Origin: Candidatus Levyibacteriota bacterium
GTDB taxonomy: Bacteria; Patescibacteriota; Microgenomatia; Levybacterales; UBA12049
Length of the DNA stretch: 60,582 bases
Assembly (NCBI GenBank): GCA_029260905.1
Contig: JAJDCH010000006.1
Coordinates: 1 to 60,582 of the forward strand
Direction: 5' to 3'
This document shows, piece by piece, positions 46,286 through 54,941 of the stretch. Made by a program: the position numbers and the translations under genes. Below the pieces are notes generated by a model. The model saw only the letters and a program-made list of their open reading frames with translations. It did not search any database and was not told where the DNA came from. Numbering within the stretch: position 1 is the stretch's first letter; every line of letters begins with the position of its first letter.

Positions 46286-46837
46286 CTAGATCTGCATCAG
46301 TTCTTCTTCTTTCTGCTTTCCCCACTGATCAATAGTCGTAACCGTTTCATCAACCATTTTTTGCACTTCTTTTTCCAGTCTTTTGATATCATCTTCCATT
46401 CCTTCAAGTTCTTTTTTGATTCTTTCCATCGCTTCATGCCGCGCCTGCCTGACCATTATTTTACCGTTTTCTAGCTTTTGCCTCATTGCCTTTATCAACT
46501 CACCACGTCTTTCCTGTGAAAGAGGTGGGATAGCAATCCTCAAAAGAGTTCCATCAATTGCTGGTGCAAGCCCAACATTGGCGCCCTCTATCCCCTTTTG
46601 CAACTCATTAATAATACTTGCATCAAAAGGCGTAACAACAAGTGTCTTAGTATCAGATGTGGTGATTGTTGCTAACTCCTTTACCTTTAGATTTGTACTA
46701 CCACCATAAACACTAACAACTATATTTTCAACAAGTGATGGAGTTGCCCGTCCTGTGCGGACTGTGTCGAGGTCTTGCTTGAGGACATCAAGTATTTTAT
46801 CTATCCTTTTTTGTGTATCCTTTGCAATCTGATCCAT
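46286..46837 (-). CDS. frr: Ribosome recycling factor
   Basis: VRTGRATPSLV, GLAP, IPPLSQERR, KQKEEELM. Confidence 0.96.
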   Translation of the reverse strand: MDQIAKDTQKRIDKILDVLKQDLDTVRTGRATPSLVENIVVSVYGGSTNLKVKELATITTSDTKTLVVTPFDASIINELQKGIEGANVGLAPAIDGTLLRIAIPPLSQERRGELIKAMRQKLENGKIMVRQARHEAMERIKKELEGMEDDIKRLEKEVQKMVDETVTTIDQWGKQKEEELMQI

Positions 46838-46846
46838 ATTTTGAAA

Positions 46847-46956
46847 ATTTCTAAGCTCTAATTTCTAATTACCTAATCAAATCCTAATTATAAATTTATA
46901 AATTAGGTTTTAGACATTTTTTAGAAATTAGGTTAATTTAAGTCAATTAGGAATTA
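46847..46956. repeat. Empty inverted heptamer-array hairpin (TCTAAAT/TTCTAAT class)
   Basis: ATTTCTA-AGCTCTA-ATTTCTA-ATTACCTA versus TAGAAAT-TAGGTTAAT...TAGGAAT between the tsf stop and frr start. Confidence 0.8.
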
Positions 46957-46962
46957 CAAAAA

Positions 46963-47418
46963 TTATATCTCATATCGAATAAATCTTTTAACTGTGATAT
47001 TTTCTCCCAATTTCCCAATTGTTGCTTTTACCAACTTCTCAATAGTCTGGGATCCATCTCTAATATACTCTTGCTTGAGCAATGCGTCAACGTCTTTGGG
47101 ATTCATAGCAGATACCTGCATTGCCACTTCATGAGCAAGCGATTTGAACTCATCTGTCTTGGCGACAAAATCCGTCTCGCAAGAAAGCTCGACCAAAACT
47201 CCAATTTTTCCTTCCCCATGAATATATGCTTCAATTAAACCCTGGGATGTTTCTCTGTCTGATTTTTTTTCAGCTTTCTCAAGTCCTCTTTTCTGAATCC
47301 ATTCAACTGCTTTTTTGTAGTCATTATCAGTTTCTGCCAATGCTTTATTGCAATCAGAAATGCTAGCGCTTGTCTCAAGTCGGAGTTTTTTTAGTAGATT
47401 TAGATCAACGCTTGCCAT
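46963..47418 (-). CDS. tsf: Elongation factor Ts (short form)
   Basis: LKKLRLETSASISDCNKAL, CETDFVA, GENITVKRFIRYE. Confidence 0.96.
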   Translation of the reverse strand: MASVDLNLLKKLRLETSASISDCNKALAETDNDYKKAVEWIQKRGLEKAEKKSDRETSQGLIEAYIHGEGKIGVLVELSCETDFVAKTDEFKSLAHEVAMQVSAMNPKDVDALLKQEYIRDGSQTIEKLVKATIGKLGENITVKRFIRYEI

Positions 47419-47421
47419 AAG

Positions 47422-48261
47422 CTATTTGCTCTCCTTTTTTACTTTCGGTTTTTCGGCCAGTTTTTCAACTGATTTTTCTTCAGTTTTCTTCTCTTTTTCT
47501 GCTGCTTTTTTCTCTTCTTTTTGTTTTGCTGCCTCTGCCTTTTTTGCTTCTTCACCCTTTAACTTATTTCCTTCAAGCCATGCATCAATAATATAGCTTG
47601 TGATTAATCTCAATGAACCAACAGCATCATCATTTGCTGGAATCGGATATGAGATGATCATAGGATCTGAATTGGTATCAGTTATACCAACAGTTGGAAC
47701 TCTCATCTTTAGCGCCTCACCTGCTGCTACGTGCTCATTGTGAGTATCGATTATAAAAATAGCAGCTGGCGCATCAGTCATATCACCTATTCCGCCATAA
47801 AAAGATTCTAATTTTGCTCTTTCTTTATCCCATTTACTGACTTCTTTTTTTGTGTATGTTGCTCGAGCGTGCTTGTCTTGAAGTTTTTCTTTGAGGTCTT
47901 TGAGTTTTTTGAAGTTCTTAGCAACTTCCTGAAAATTGGAAAGCGTACCACCAATCCATCTCTTGGTCACAAAATACATATTGTGTCCATCTACTTCGTC
48001 TATCTTTTTCCTCTCATCACGAAGTATTTCTTGAGCTTGCCTCTTGGTACCAACAACGAGAAGTTTTCCGTTTTTCCTTGCAACCTCTTTAAGAAAATTC
48101 GCAGCATCTTCAAGTCCTTCTTTGGTTTTCTCAAGATCAATAATGTGGATTCCGTCTCTTGCCTCAAATATAAATTCACGGGCTTTGGGGTTGGCACGCT
48201 GTACCTGATGTCCGAAATGGCAACCTGCCTCCAATAATTCTTCAAGTGAAATAGTTTTCAT
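47422..48261 (-). CDS. rpsB: 30S ribosomal protein uS2
   Basis: LLEAGCHFGH, IHIIDL, VGTKRQA, RWIGGTLSNF, DTNSDP, PANDDA. Confidence 0.97.
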   Translation of the reverse strand: MKTISLEELLEAGCHFGHQVQRANPKAREFIFEARDGIHIIDLEKTKEGLEDAANFLKEVARKNGKLLVVGTKRQAQEILRDERKKIDEVDGHNMYFVTKRWIGGTLSNFQEVAKNFKKLKDLKEKLQDKHARATYTKKEVSKWDKERAKLESFYGGIGDMTDAPAAIFIIDTHNEHVAAGEALKMRVPTVGITDTNSDPMIISYPIPANDDAVGSLRLITSYIIDAWLEGNKLKGEEAKKAEAAKQKEEKKAAEKEKKTEEKSVEKLAEKPKVKKESK

Positions 48262-48330
48262 AATTGTCCTTTAAACCTCCACCTAACCAATGTATCTAAA
48301 ATGCAAGGACAAAGTTAGATGTGTAAGATT
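48262..48330 (-). ncRNA. rpsB (S2) leader RNA, t44-like pseudoknot
   Basis: Minus strand CACA-TCTAAC-TTT-GTCCTT-GC...GTTAGG-TGGAGG-TTT-AAAGGAC. The crossed stems and TGGAGG match the architecture of the E. coli S2 autoregulatory leader; TATAAT just upstream. Confidence 0.7.
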
Positions 48331-48408
48331 GAACATATTATACAAAAAATTAGATCCTTATGCAAGGCTCAATTGACAAAAATCAGTCAATTCTATACGC
48401 TGAGATTG

Positions 48409-48660
48409 GTGAAAGAATTTGTTAAAAAGCTCAAAAAGATAAACCTACAAAAAGGTGGTATGGGCGCAGGATTTGGCTACATTCTTATTATCATGATCAT
48501 GCTGACACTTGGCTCATGGCTGATGGTCGGAGCCTTTCCACCTGATAATCCATCCACCAATCCTCCCACAGGCACACCTCCACCTGGAGTGCAACTTGAC
48601 TCAGGAACAGTTGCTACTTCATCTGCTGACACGGCTACCGATTCAGCTACCACTCCTTGA
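48409..48660 (+). CDS. Small pilin-like membrane protein
   Basis: TTGACA-N17-TACGCT then GTG; basic leader ending QKG, hydrophobic helix, Pro/Thr/Ser tail. Confidence 0.5.
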   Translation: MKEFVKKLKKINLQKGGMGAGFGYILIIMIMLTLGSWLMVGAFPPDNPSTNPPTGTPPPGVQLDSGTVATSSADTATDSATTP

Positions 48661-48672
48661 CCAACATAAAAC

Positions 48673-49644
48673 ATGAACTTGAAACAAGCTAAAAGCAAAG
48701 GCAAACGTCCACCGCCCTGGCGCGGGACAGGATATCTTTTTATCCTTCTTATTCTTGGTTTTTCAATTGCATTTGGCAATGTCATGACTGGCGGATCAAG
48801 TTTGCCAGTTGACCCAAACGGGCCAGATGGAGCGCCAACTCTTGCTCCAGGAGAAGAAACAGATACCTCAAACCAAAAAGTAATAATCCCTCCTGATGTA
48901 AATCTCAAAAACGACAAAGGCAATCTTCAACTCTACACATTTCAAGTTTGCAACCCCAAAACAGCAATTTATTTTCTTATTGATGTTTCTGGATCAATGG
49001 ATTATAAAAATGGAATAAAAAGAAAAAACGAACAAAAAGCTCTTAGGAGATTTACAGAAAAAATGAAATCTACCTCAGTTATCGGTTTTCAAACTTTTAG
49101 TGATAATAGAAACAACAACATTCAAACCCTTATTGATCTTACCCAGTTTACATCGGATGCTAAATCCGACACGTCAGGAGCAATTGATCAACTTAAATCC
49201 AATGGCGCCACTTATACTCGTGATGCCATGATTGTCGCAAGAGACAACTTAGCCAATGCTATAAATTCTAATAAATTTCCAGGATACAAATACTCGCTTA
49301 TATTTCTCACAGATGGTGTACCAGAAATAAATGATAACGATCCGTCAATCTCAGATAAAAGCTGCCGAATTGACTACAAACCTGCTGATCGATGTTTTGC
49401 AAATGGCCAAGACCCTCGTATTCCAAATAATATTGCAACTGAAATAAAAAATCTGGGAGTTGATATTTATTCAATCGTTTTAACAACTGATGTCCCAAGC
49501 GATATATTTATGCAGCCACATCTTGAAGAACTTTTAAAAGACGTTGCTTCCAAACCCCTATCTCAATACTACTCAGTTAGCCGTGACGGAACAAACCTGG
49601 AAAGTATATTAAATGGAGTTTTTGAAAACATTTGCGGACAATAA
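48673..49644 (+). CDS. Membrane-anchored von Willebrand factor A domain protein
   Basis: MIDAS motif DVSGS...T...LTDG; N-terminal TM. Confidence 0.85.
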   Translation: MNLKQAKSKGKRPPPWRGTGYLFILLILGFSIAFGNVMTGGSSLPVDPNGPDGAPTLAPGEETDTSNQKVIIPPDVNLKNDKGNLQLYTFQVCNPKTAIYFLIDVSGSMDYKNGIKRKNEQKALRRFTEKMKSTSVIGFQTFSDNRNNNIQTLIDLTQFTSDAKSDTSGAIDQLKSNGATYTRDAMIVARDNLANAINSNKFPGYKYSLIFLTDGVPEINDNDPSISDKSCRIDYKPADRCFANGQDPRIPNNIATEIKNLGVDIYSIVLTTDVPSDIFMQPHLEELLKDVASKPLSQYYSVSRDGTNLESILNGVFENICGQ

Positions 49645-49645
49645 C

Positions 49646-50971
49646 TCAGGGTACGGGGTATTTGAAACAAAATTTCCTAACTTCACCAGCTATTAACTTC
49701 AATTTTTTATTGGCAAGTATTTCTTTTTTCATCTTTTTCCAAATCTCGCGCCTTTTTTCTTTATCAGCCGGCAAGTCCTCACCTGCCACCTCGTCAATTG
49801 CCTGTGCCATCCAAGAAGCTACTTTTTTCATATCCTTTTCTTTCATGCCTCGAGTTGTGATCGCTGGTGTTCCAAGCCTTATTCCAGATGGATAAAAAGG
49901 CGGATTGGTATCAAAGGGCACGCCGTTTTTGTTAAGAACTATTCCAGCCATCTCCAGAGCGAGTGCTGCTGGGGCGCCGTTGACTTTTTTGTTACGCAAA
50001 TCAATAAGAATCAGGTGATTATCCGTCCCTCCACTAACCAAGTCAAACCCAAGACGCGTCAACTCTGAGGCCAAGGCTTTGGAATTTTTGACAATTTGTG
50101 CTCCGTACTTCTTAAATGCTGGCTTACCTGCTTCAAGAAGTGCAACAGCAATTGCCGCTGTTTGATTGTCGTGCGGCCCTCCCTGAAGACCAGGAATTAT
50201 TGCCCGTTCGATATCTGCAGGCATGTCAGGATTACGCTTCAAGCCCTTATCCGTTACCATTATCATCGCACCTCTTGGACCCCTGAGTGTCTTATGAGTT
50301 GTTGTCATCACAACATCTGCGTATTTCACAGGTGACTCGTGCTCTTCTGCAATTATCAGACCAGTAATATGTGATATATCAGCCAGTAGATATGCACCCA
50401 CCTTTTCTGCAATCTTTGCAAACCTTTTAAAATCAATTTTTCGAGGATATGCGGTAAATCCTGCCACAATTATCTGTGGTTTTTCCTTAATTGCCTGCTT
50501 CTCAATCGCCTCATAATCAAGCAAGCCATCCTTCCCAAGTGTGTATGGAATTGCCTTATAAAAAGTACTAGACATATTAAGTTTTGCTCCATGTGTCAGG
50601 TGCCCGCCAAAAGAAAGCGACATTCCCATTATCTTGTCTCCAGGTTTTAGTAGCGCGAAGTAAATTGCAGCATTTGCTGGGCTGCCTGAGTAAGCTTGCA
50701 CATTAGCATACGGAACACCAAAAAGCTTCTGCGCCCTCTCTTGAGCCGTTATCTCAACACTATCTGCAACCGCATTTCCCTGATAATATCTTTTCTTTGG
50801 AAAACCTTCTGAATATTTATTGGTCAAGACAGTTCCCAGTGCCTCCATCACCGCGCGTGATGTGTAATTTTCTGAAGGGATCATCTCGAGTACATCTTTT
50901 TGTCTTTGCTCTTCCTGTTTTATCAAATTATAAATCTGCGGATCTGTCTTTTTGAGATTTTGCACGTCCAT
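49646..50971 (-). CDS. glyA: Serine hydroxymethyltransferase
   Basis: IPSENY, NKYSEGFPKKRYYQG, GGHLTHG, TTTHKTLRGPRG, SGIRLGTPAITTRG. Start at MDVQN. Confidence 0.97.
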   Translation of the reverse strand: MDVQNLKKTDPQIYNLIKQEEQRQKDVLEMIPSENYTSRAVMEALGTVLTNKYSEGFPKKRYYQGNAVADSVEITAQERAQKLFGVPYANVQAYSGSPANAAIYFALLKPGDKIMGMSLSFGGHLTHGAKLNMSSTFYKAIPYTLGKDGLLDYEAIEKQAIKEKPQIIVAGFTAYPRKIDFKRFAKIAEKVGAYLLADISHITGLIIAEEHESPVKYADVVMTTTHKTLRGPRGAMIMVTDKGLKRNPDMPADIERAIIPGLQGGPHDNQTAAIAVALLEAGKPAFKKYGAQIVKNSKALASELTRLGFDLVSGGTDNHLILIDLRNKKVNGAPAALALEMAGIVLNKNGVPFDTNPPFYPSGIRLGTPAITTRGMKEKDMKKVASWMAQAIDEVAGEDLPADKEKRREIWKKMKKEILANKKLKLIAGEVRKFCFKYPVP

Positions 50972-51216
50972 ACTATACAAACTTTTTCCCTCCATTGCAA
51001 GGTTTAATAATTCGAGGATTTAAAGTGATATCTAGCAGAGTGAAGGAGTAAATTTTTTCGCCAGGACGAATGGCTGATCTGATTTTTAAATAACAATAAA
51101 AGGTAATCGCCCACAATAAGAGGACAACATCATAAACGCCAAAAGGTGGGTCCAAGAAAAAATTATATTCCTGAGCTCAAAATCAGAATAGAATGCCGTG
51201 ACAAGACCTGCAAGGC

Positions 51217-51717
51217 TTATTTTTCAAGCGTTAGAAATTTGTATTTGTATCCATCTGCTTCACGATCTATCTCCTCAATTACTTTTGTAAATTTTGAATA
51301 ATTTGGGAAAAATACATCTGCTCCATAATCTCCCTCAACAACAGTCAGATACAATCTATCAATCATGTTCTTATCAAGCGCTTCCTTGAAAATCTGTCCT
51401 CCACCAAAAACAATTATCTCATCCGCTCCCTCACTTCTTTTTGCTATTTCCAGACCCTCCTCAAGCGAGGCGACCACAACTGCTCCTGAAATTTTGTATT
51501 TGGGATCACGGGTGATGATGACATTTGTGCGATCGGGAAGAACCCGACCAATTGATTCAAAAGTTTTTCTCCCCATCACAACTGGATGATCGGTGGTCAA
51601 CTCCTTCATGCGTTTAAAATCCTCAGGAATCCTAAAAAGAAGATCATTATTTTTCCCAATCCCCTTCTTCTCATCAATTGCCACAACTATCGAAACCCTT
51701 TGCTTATTCATAATCAT
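51217..51717 (-). CDS. folA: Dihydrofolate reductase
   Basis: GIGKNNDL, PEDFKRMK, VMGRKTFESIGRVLPDRTNVI, FGGGQIF, DVFFP. Confidence 0.96.
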   Translation of the reverse strand: MIMNKQRVSIVVAIDEKKGIGKNNDLLFRIPEDFKRMKELTTDHPVVMGRKTFESIGRVLPDRTNVIITRDPKYKISGAVVVASLEEGLEIAKRSEGADEIIVFGGGQIFKEALDKNMIDRLYLTVVEGDYGADVFFPNYSKFTKVIEEIDREADGYKYKFLTLEK

Positions 51718-51800
51718 TTATCTCTCAAGCTTCAAACACAGTATACCACTTTGTAAAATAAAATTGATAAATTAATAAAATTGTTTTTTATGAAAAGCTT

Positions 51801-52795
51801 TTATTTTTTATTTTTGGGTCTTCTCTTCTCTCCTGCCTTAAGCTTTGGTAAAGGGTCATAATATCCGCCGGCCACAGTCAGCTCTGCCTTGATAGTCGGG
51901 TGTGGTTCGTAGCCGATCAACTCAACGTGTTCGGGTCGAAAATCTGACAAACCCTTGAATTTGCCAAGTTTTAGCTTTGGAAAAGACTTTGGTTTTCTTT
52001 TCAGCTGCTCTTTAACTTGTGCTACATGATTTTCATAAATATGCGCATCACCATATGTATGGATAAACTCCCCGGGTTTATAACCCAAGATTTTGGCAAG
52101 TATCACAGCAAGAAGTGAATAACTGCCGATATTAAAAGGCACACCAAGAAACATATCACAACTTCTCTGATACAGATGCAGCGACAACTTGTTGTCTTTG
52201 ACACTTACCTGATACATATTGTGACAAATTGGAAAATATGATGTCTCATCTTTCTCCGCCATACTGTAGAGATATTCAGGATTCCAGCTGTTAACTATTG
52301 CGTTTCTGGCATCAGGGTCTTCACTCAATTCTTTAATTACCCATGAGAGCTGATCAATTGTCTTCCCTTTTTTCCTTGTCGGCCATCTCCTCCACATCTC
52401 TCCATAAATACGCGGCAGCTCTCCCCATTTCTTGGCAAACTTCGCATCTGTCCTAATCTTTTCTATAAACTCCTCTTTTGTCAGCTTTTTGCTTTTTGCT
52501 TTTTGCTATATATCTTATATGGGTAGTCATCCCAGATGTGGACATTGTTATCAACTAGATATTTGATGTTGGAGTTACCTGACAAGAACCAATACAGCTC
52601 CTTGAGAACTCCGTTCCAGTACACTCTTTTGGTTGTCAAAAGCGGAAAACTTTCTGACAAATCATACCTAGACTGTCTACCAAAAACGCTGTATGATTTG
52701 ACCCCAGTCCCTCGATCTACATTGACAACTCCATTTTTGAGGATGTCTTTGAGAAGATCTAAATATTGATGCTCTTGATGTTTGTCTCCTGCCAT
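51801..52795 (-). pseudogene. thyA: Thymidylate synthase split by a frameshift in a (GCAAAAA)3 repeat
   Basis: N-part: QYLDLL, DRGTG, FPLLTTKRV, ELYWFLSG, IWDDY. C-part in another frame: LTKEEFIEK...WGELPRIYG, PICH, QRSCDMFLGVPFN, DAHIYENH. Confidence 0.85.
52486..52506. repeat. Perfect heptamer tandem repeat (TTTTTGC)3
   Basis: Read directly at the thyA frame break. Confidence 0.9.
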
Positions 52796-52854
52796 AATAT
52801 CTACCCAATACTACCAATAACCAAGTAAACAAATCAAGCAATAAATTTTCCACC

Positions 52855-52892
52855 ACACATCTTTTTACAACGATCGTTTCAAAAAGATGTGT
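52855..52892. repeat. 38-bp imperfect palindrome
   Basis: ACACATCTTTTT-ACA-ACGATCGT-TTC-AAAAAGATGTGT. Confidence 0.85.
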
Positions 52893-52968
52893 AATCCGAT
52901 ATCACTTTTTATTAATTTTGGGGGTTGCAAAAATTAATAATAAATCAGTTTTACTATTTATAACCTGC

Positions 52969-54015
52969 TCAAAGCTGATCGTTAATCAAAAATGCCAGAA
53001 CTAGTGAAACTGCCAGGCCAAATCCTGCTCTCAAAAGATCTTTTCTCACTAACTTCAACGTATGTGAGTAAGGTTTTTTCTTATGAAGTGTTGCACGTAG
53101 CGCAATCTCCCGCCCTGCAAGTAGGCCCAGGAATACCCAAGTCGTACTCATCGGCAAATCATTTATCCATTTGAAATAAACCAAGACCAAACCATATACA
53201 AAATCTATAATTGTTGCAGATTTTACATATAAAACATCTGTTTTCTCTGTAACAACTTTCTGAATCTCTCCTCCCCTGCGAGAGATGATATATCCAAGCG
53301 CAAAAAACATAAACAGCAAAACAACAATTGCCTCAAATCCGCTCAAGACTCGGGGTAAATATACTGTAGCATTGGCTGCATCTTGAGTAAGCCAAGCGCT
53401 CCACAGAAATCCTGTTGACAACCATTGCAGTATGCGCCACTTTCTTTCTTGTTTTTTGGTAAGCTTTCGATCAAGCTTTTGCTGTCTTTTTTTGACTAAA
53501 TATCCAATGGCTCCCCAGACAAGAAGCGCCACCAGGAACGAAAGGATATATCCAGTAATGGTTTTGTTTATCATGCCGGTTATTGTTTTTGAGGAAGAAA
53601 ATGTGGCAAGAATCAAAAAAGTAGTTGACACAGGCATCCTATATCTCGTCAATGAAATCAATATAATCGGTGCCAGAAGCTGAAGAAAAGAAAAATCACT
53701 TGGCTGAGGGATTCTATTTAACCTGTCAAAACTCACACTCCCTGCATTTGCAAACCAACCATATCCAAGAGTCACAAGCATAATCCCACCCATAAAAAGC
53801 CAGAGGATTTTCCAGGGAGTATTTCTATTGGAAGATAAAAAAGTACCTAGCGTCTGAATACTGTCATTACTAACTGTTGAAAACGCGGCTACCGCAAATC
53901 CAAACCACATTGCTAAAATCGGCTGATCAAATATAATCCCAGCTGTCAGAATTAGAACTGACATTATAGAAATAAAAACTACGTTGTTGCCGAAAAACGC
54001 ACGAGCTGCTCTCAT
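52969..54015 (-). CDS. Multi-pass membrane protein, distantly PiT/PHO4 (phosphate/sulfate permease)-like
   Basis: SNDSIQTLGTF, MPVSTT, QDAANATV and PMSTTWV resemble the duplicated PiT signatures. Confidence 0.55.
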   Translation of the reverse strand: MRAARAFFGNNVVFISIMSVLILTAGIIFDQPILAMWFGFAVAAFSTVSNDSIQTLGTFLSSNRNTPWKILWLFMGGIMLVTLGYGWFANAGSVSFDRLNRIPQPSDFSFLQLLAPIILISLTRYRMPVSTTFLILATFSSSKTITGMINKTITGYILSFLVALLVWGAIGYLVKKRQQKLDRKLTKKQERKWRILQWLSTGFLWSAWLTQDAANATVYLPRVLSGFEAIVVLLFMFFALGYIISRRGGEIQKVVTEKTDVLYVKSATIIDFVYGLVLVYFKWINDLPMSTTWVFLGLLAGREIALRATLHKKKPYSHTLKLVRKDLLRAGFGLAVSLVLAFLINDQL

Positions 54016-54142
54016 AAATAACTATAAATAACTATTTCTTTGTAACGGTTCTAAAAGAGCATAACTAAAAAATTATCAATACGCAATGCCCCCAGATTAG
54101 GGTTATTTTGGAAATTCTACAGATACGAAATATAACCAACCC

Positions 54143-54180
54143 ACACATTTTTTATACACGATCGTGTATAAAAAATGTGT
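54143..54180. repeat. Perfect 38-bp palindrome
   Basis: ACACATTTTTTATACACGATCGTGTATAAAAAATGTGT equals its own reverse complement. Confidence 0.92.
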
Positions 54181-54326
54181 ATTATTTCTGAGCTGGTTAA
54201 AGCCTCTATTGGAAAATTTTTTATAAAAAAAGCATCGACAGATAAATTTTAAACTGGAATAATCAATGAATGAAAAGCAATTAATATTGAAACACAAATG
54301 TACAACCTCTGCTTGTCTGATCTAGA

Positions 54327-54866
54327 CTAAACCTGCTTCTCTTTCTTCGTCGTTGTCACCCGGCCGCCCTGCCACTGGCCCCGGTACATATTGCCCCCAC
54401 CTGCGACTTCATGGAATTGGATGTGGACTATTCGCGCGCCAAGTTCTATCGTCACCGGAACTGGTCCTTCGTTTTTCAAACCAAAGTTCAAACCGCCACA
54501 ATATCCCGGTGGGACATTTCCTGTCCGAATAAATAAACCGCTGCGGTAAGTGGTGGAACGAGGCGTAATACTTGCAGTTAAATCTGGAGGCATATTGACA
54601 TTTTCTATGGTTTTGACAAGATAAAACTCACCCGGCTTGATGACCACTTTTTGTACTCTTTTTTCATCATACGCCTTGATGAGACTAACCTCAGCGGTGT
54701 GCCGTTCTGTGACACCCAGGAATGCTTTTCCAGATATTTTATAAACCTCACCAAGTCGCAGATCAAAACCTGCGCCCTCAGGATTTGTCAGCTCCCGCTC
54801 AGACAAGCTCTCAACAAGCTTTAGCTTTTTAACTAATTGTAATAATTTTTTCGGACCTAAAACCAT
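54327..54866 (-). CDS. Trimeric dUTPase/dCTP deaminase family protein
   Basis: GFDLRLG, PRSTTYRSG, PPGYCGGL, GARIVHIQF. Confidence 0.8.
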   Translation of the reverse strand: MVLGPKKLLQLVKKLKLVESLSERELTNPEGAGFDLRLGEVYKISGKAFLGVTERHTAEVSLIKAYDEKRVQKVVIKPGEFYLVKTIENVNMPPDLTASITPRSTTYRSGLFIRTGNVPPGYCGGLNFGLKNEGPVPVTIELGARIVHIQFHEVAGGGNMYRGQWQGGRVTTTKKEKQV

Positions 54867-54871
54867 AAATT

Positions 54872-54941
54872 AAATAAATCAGCAAATCAACTAATTCCCA
54901 ATCATCTAATTATCCAATTAACTTGCTGCTTGGTTGATTGC
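54872..54941. repeat. Inverted octamer-array hairpin with one arm inside the tmk 3' end
   Basis: AATAAATC-AGCAAATC-AACTAATT-CCCAATCA-TCTAATTA versus ACTTGCTG-CTTGGTTG-ATTGC (encodes AINQAAS*). Confidence 0.65.

Noticed and set aside
50972-51216. ZTP/THF riboswitch or 60-aa ORF upstream of glyA
   Set aside because: The conserved ZTP (GTGACTGGCG...CGCCTGGG) and THF elements are not present; the short ORF has no recognisable features.
51801-52795. Intron, intein or stop-codon reassignment explaining split thyA
   Set aside because: No extra sequence lies between the halves, and the halves are in different frames, so TGA readthrough would not join them; TGA is a normal stop elsewhere in the window.
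54103-54297. 64-aa minus-strand ORF next to the PiT-like gene
   Set aside because: Runs through the perfect 38-bp palindrome, has atypical composition and no start signals.
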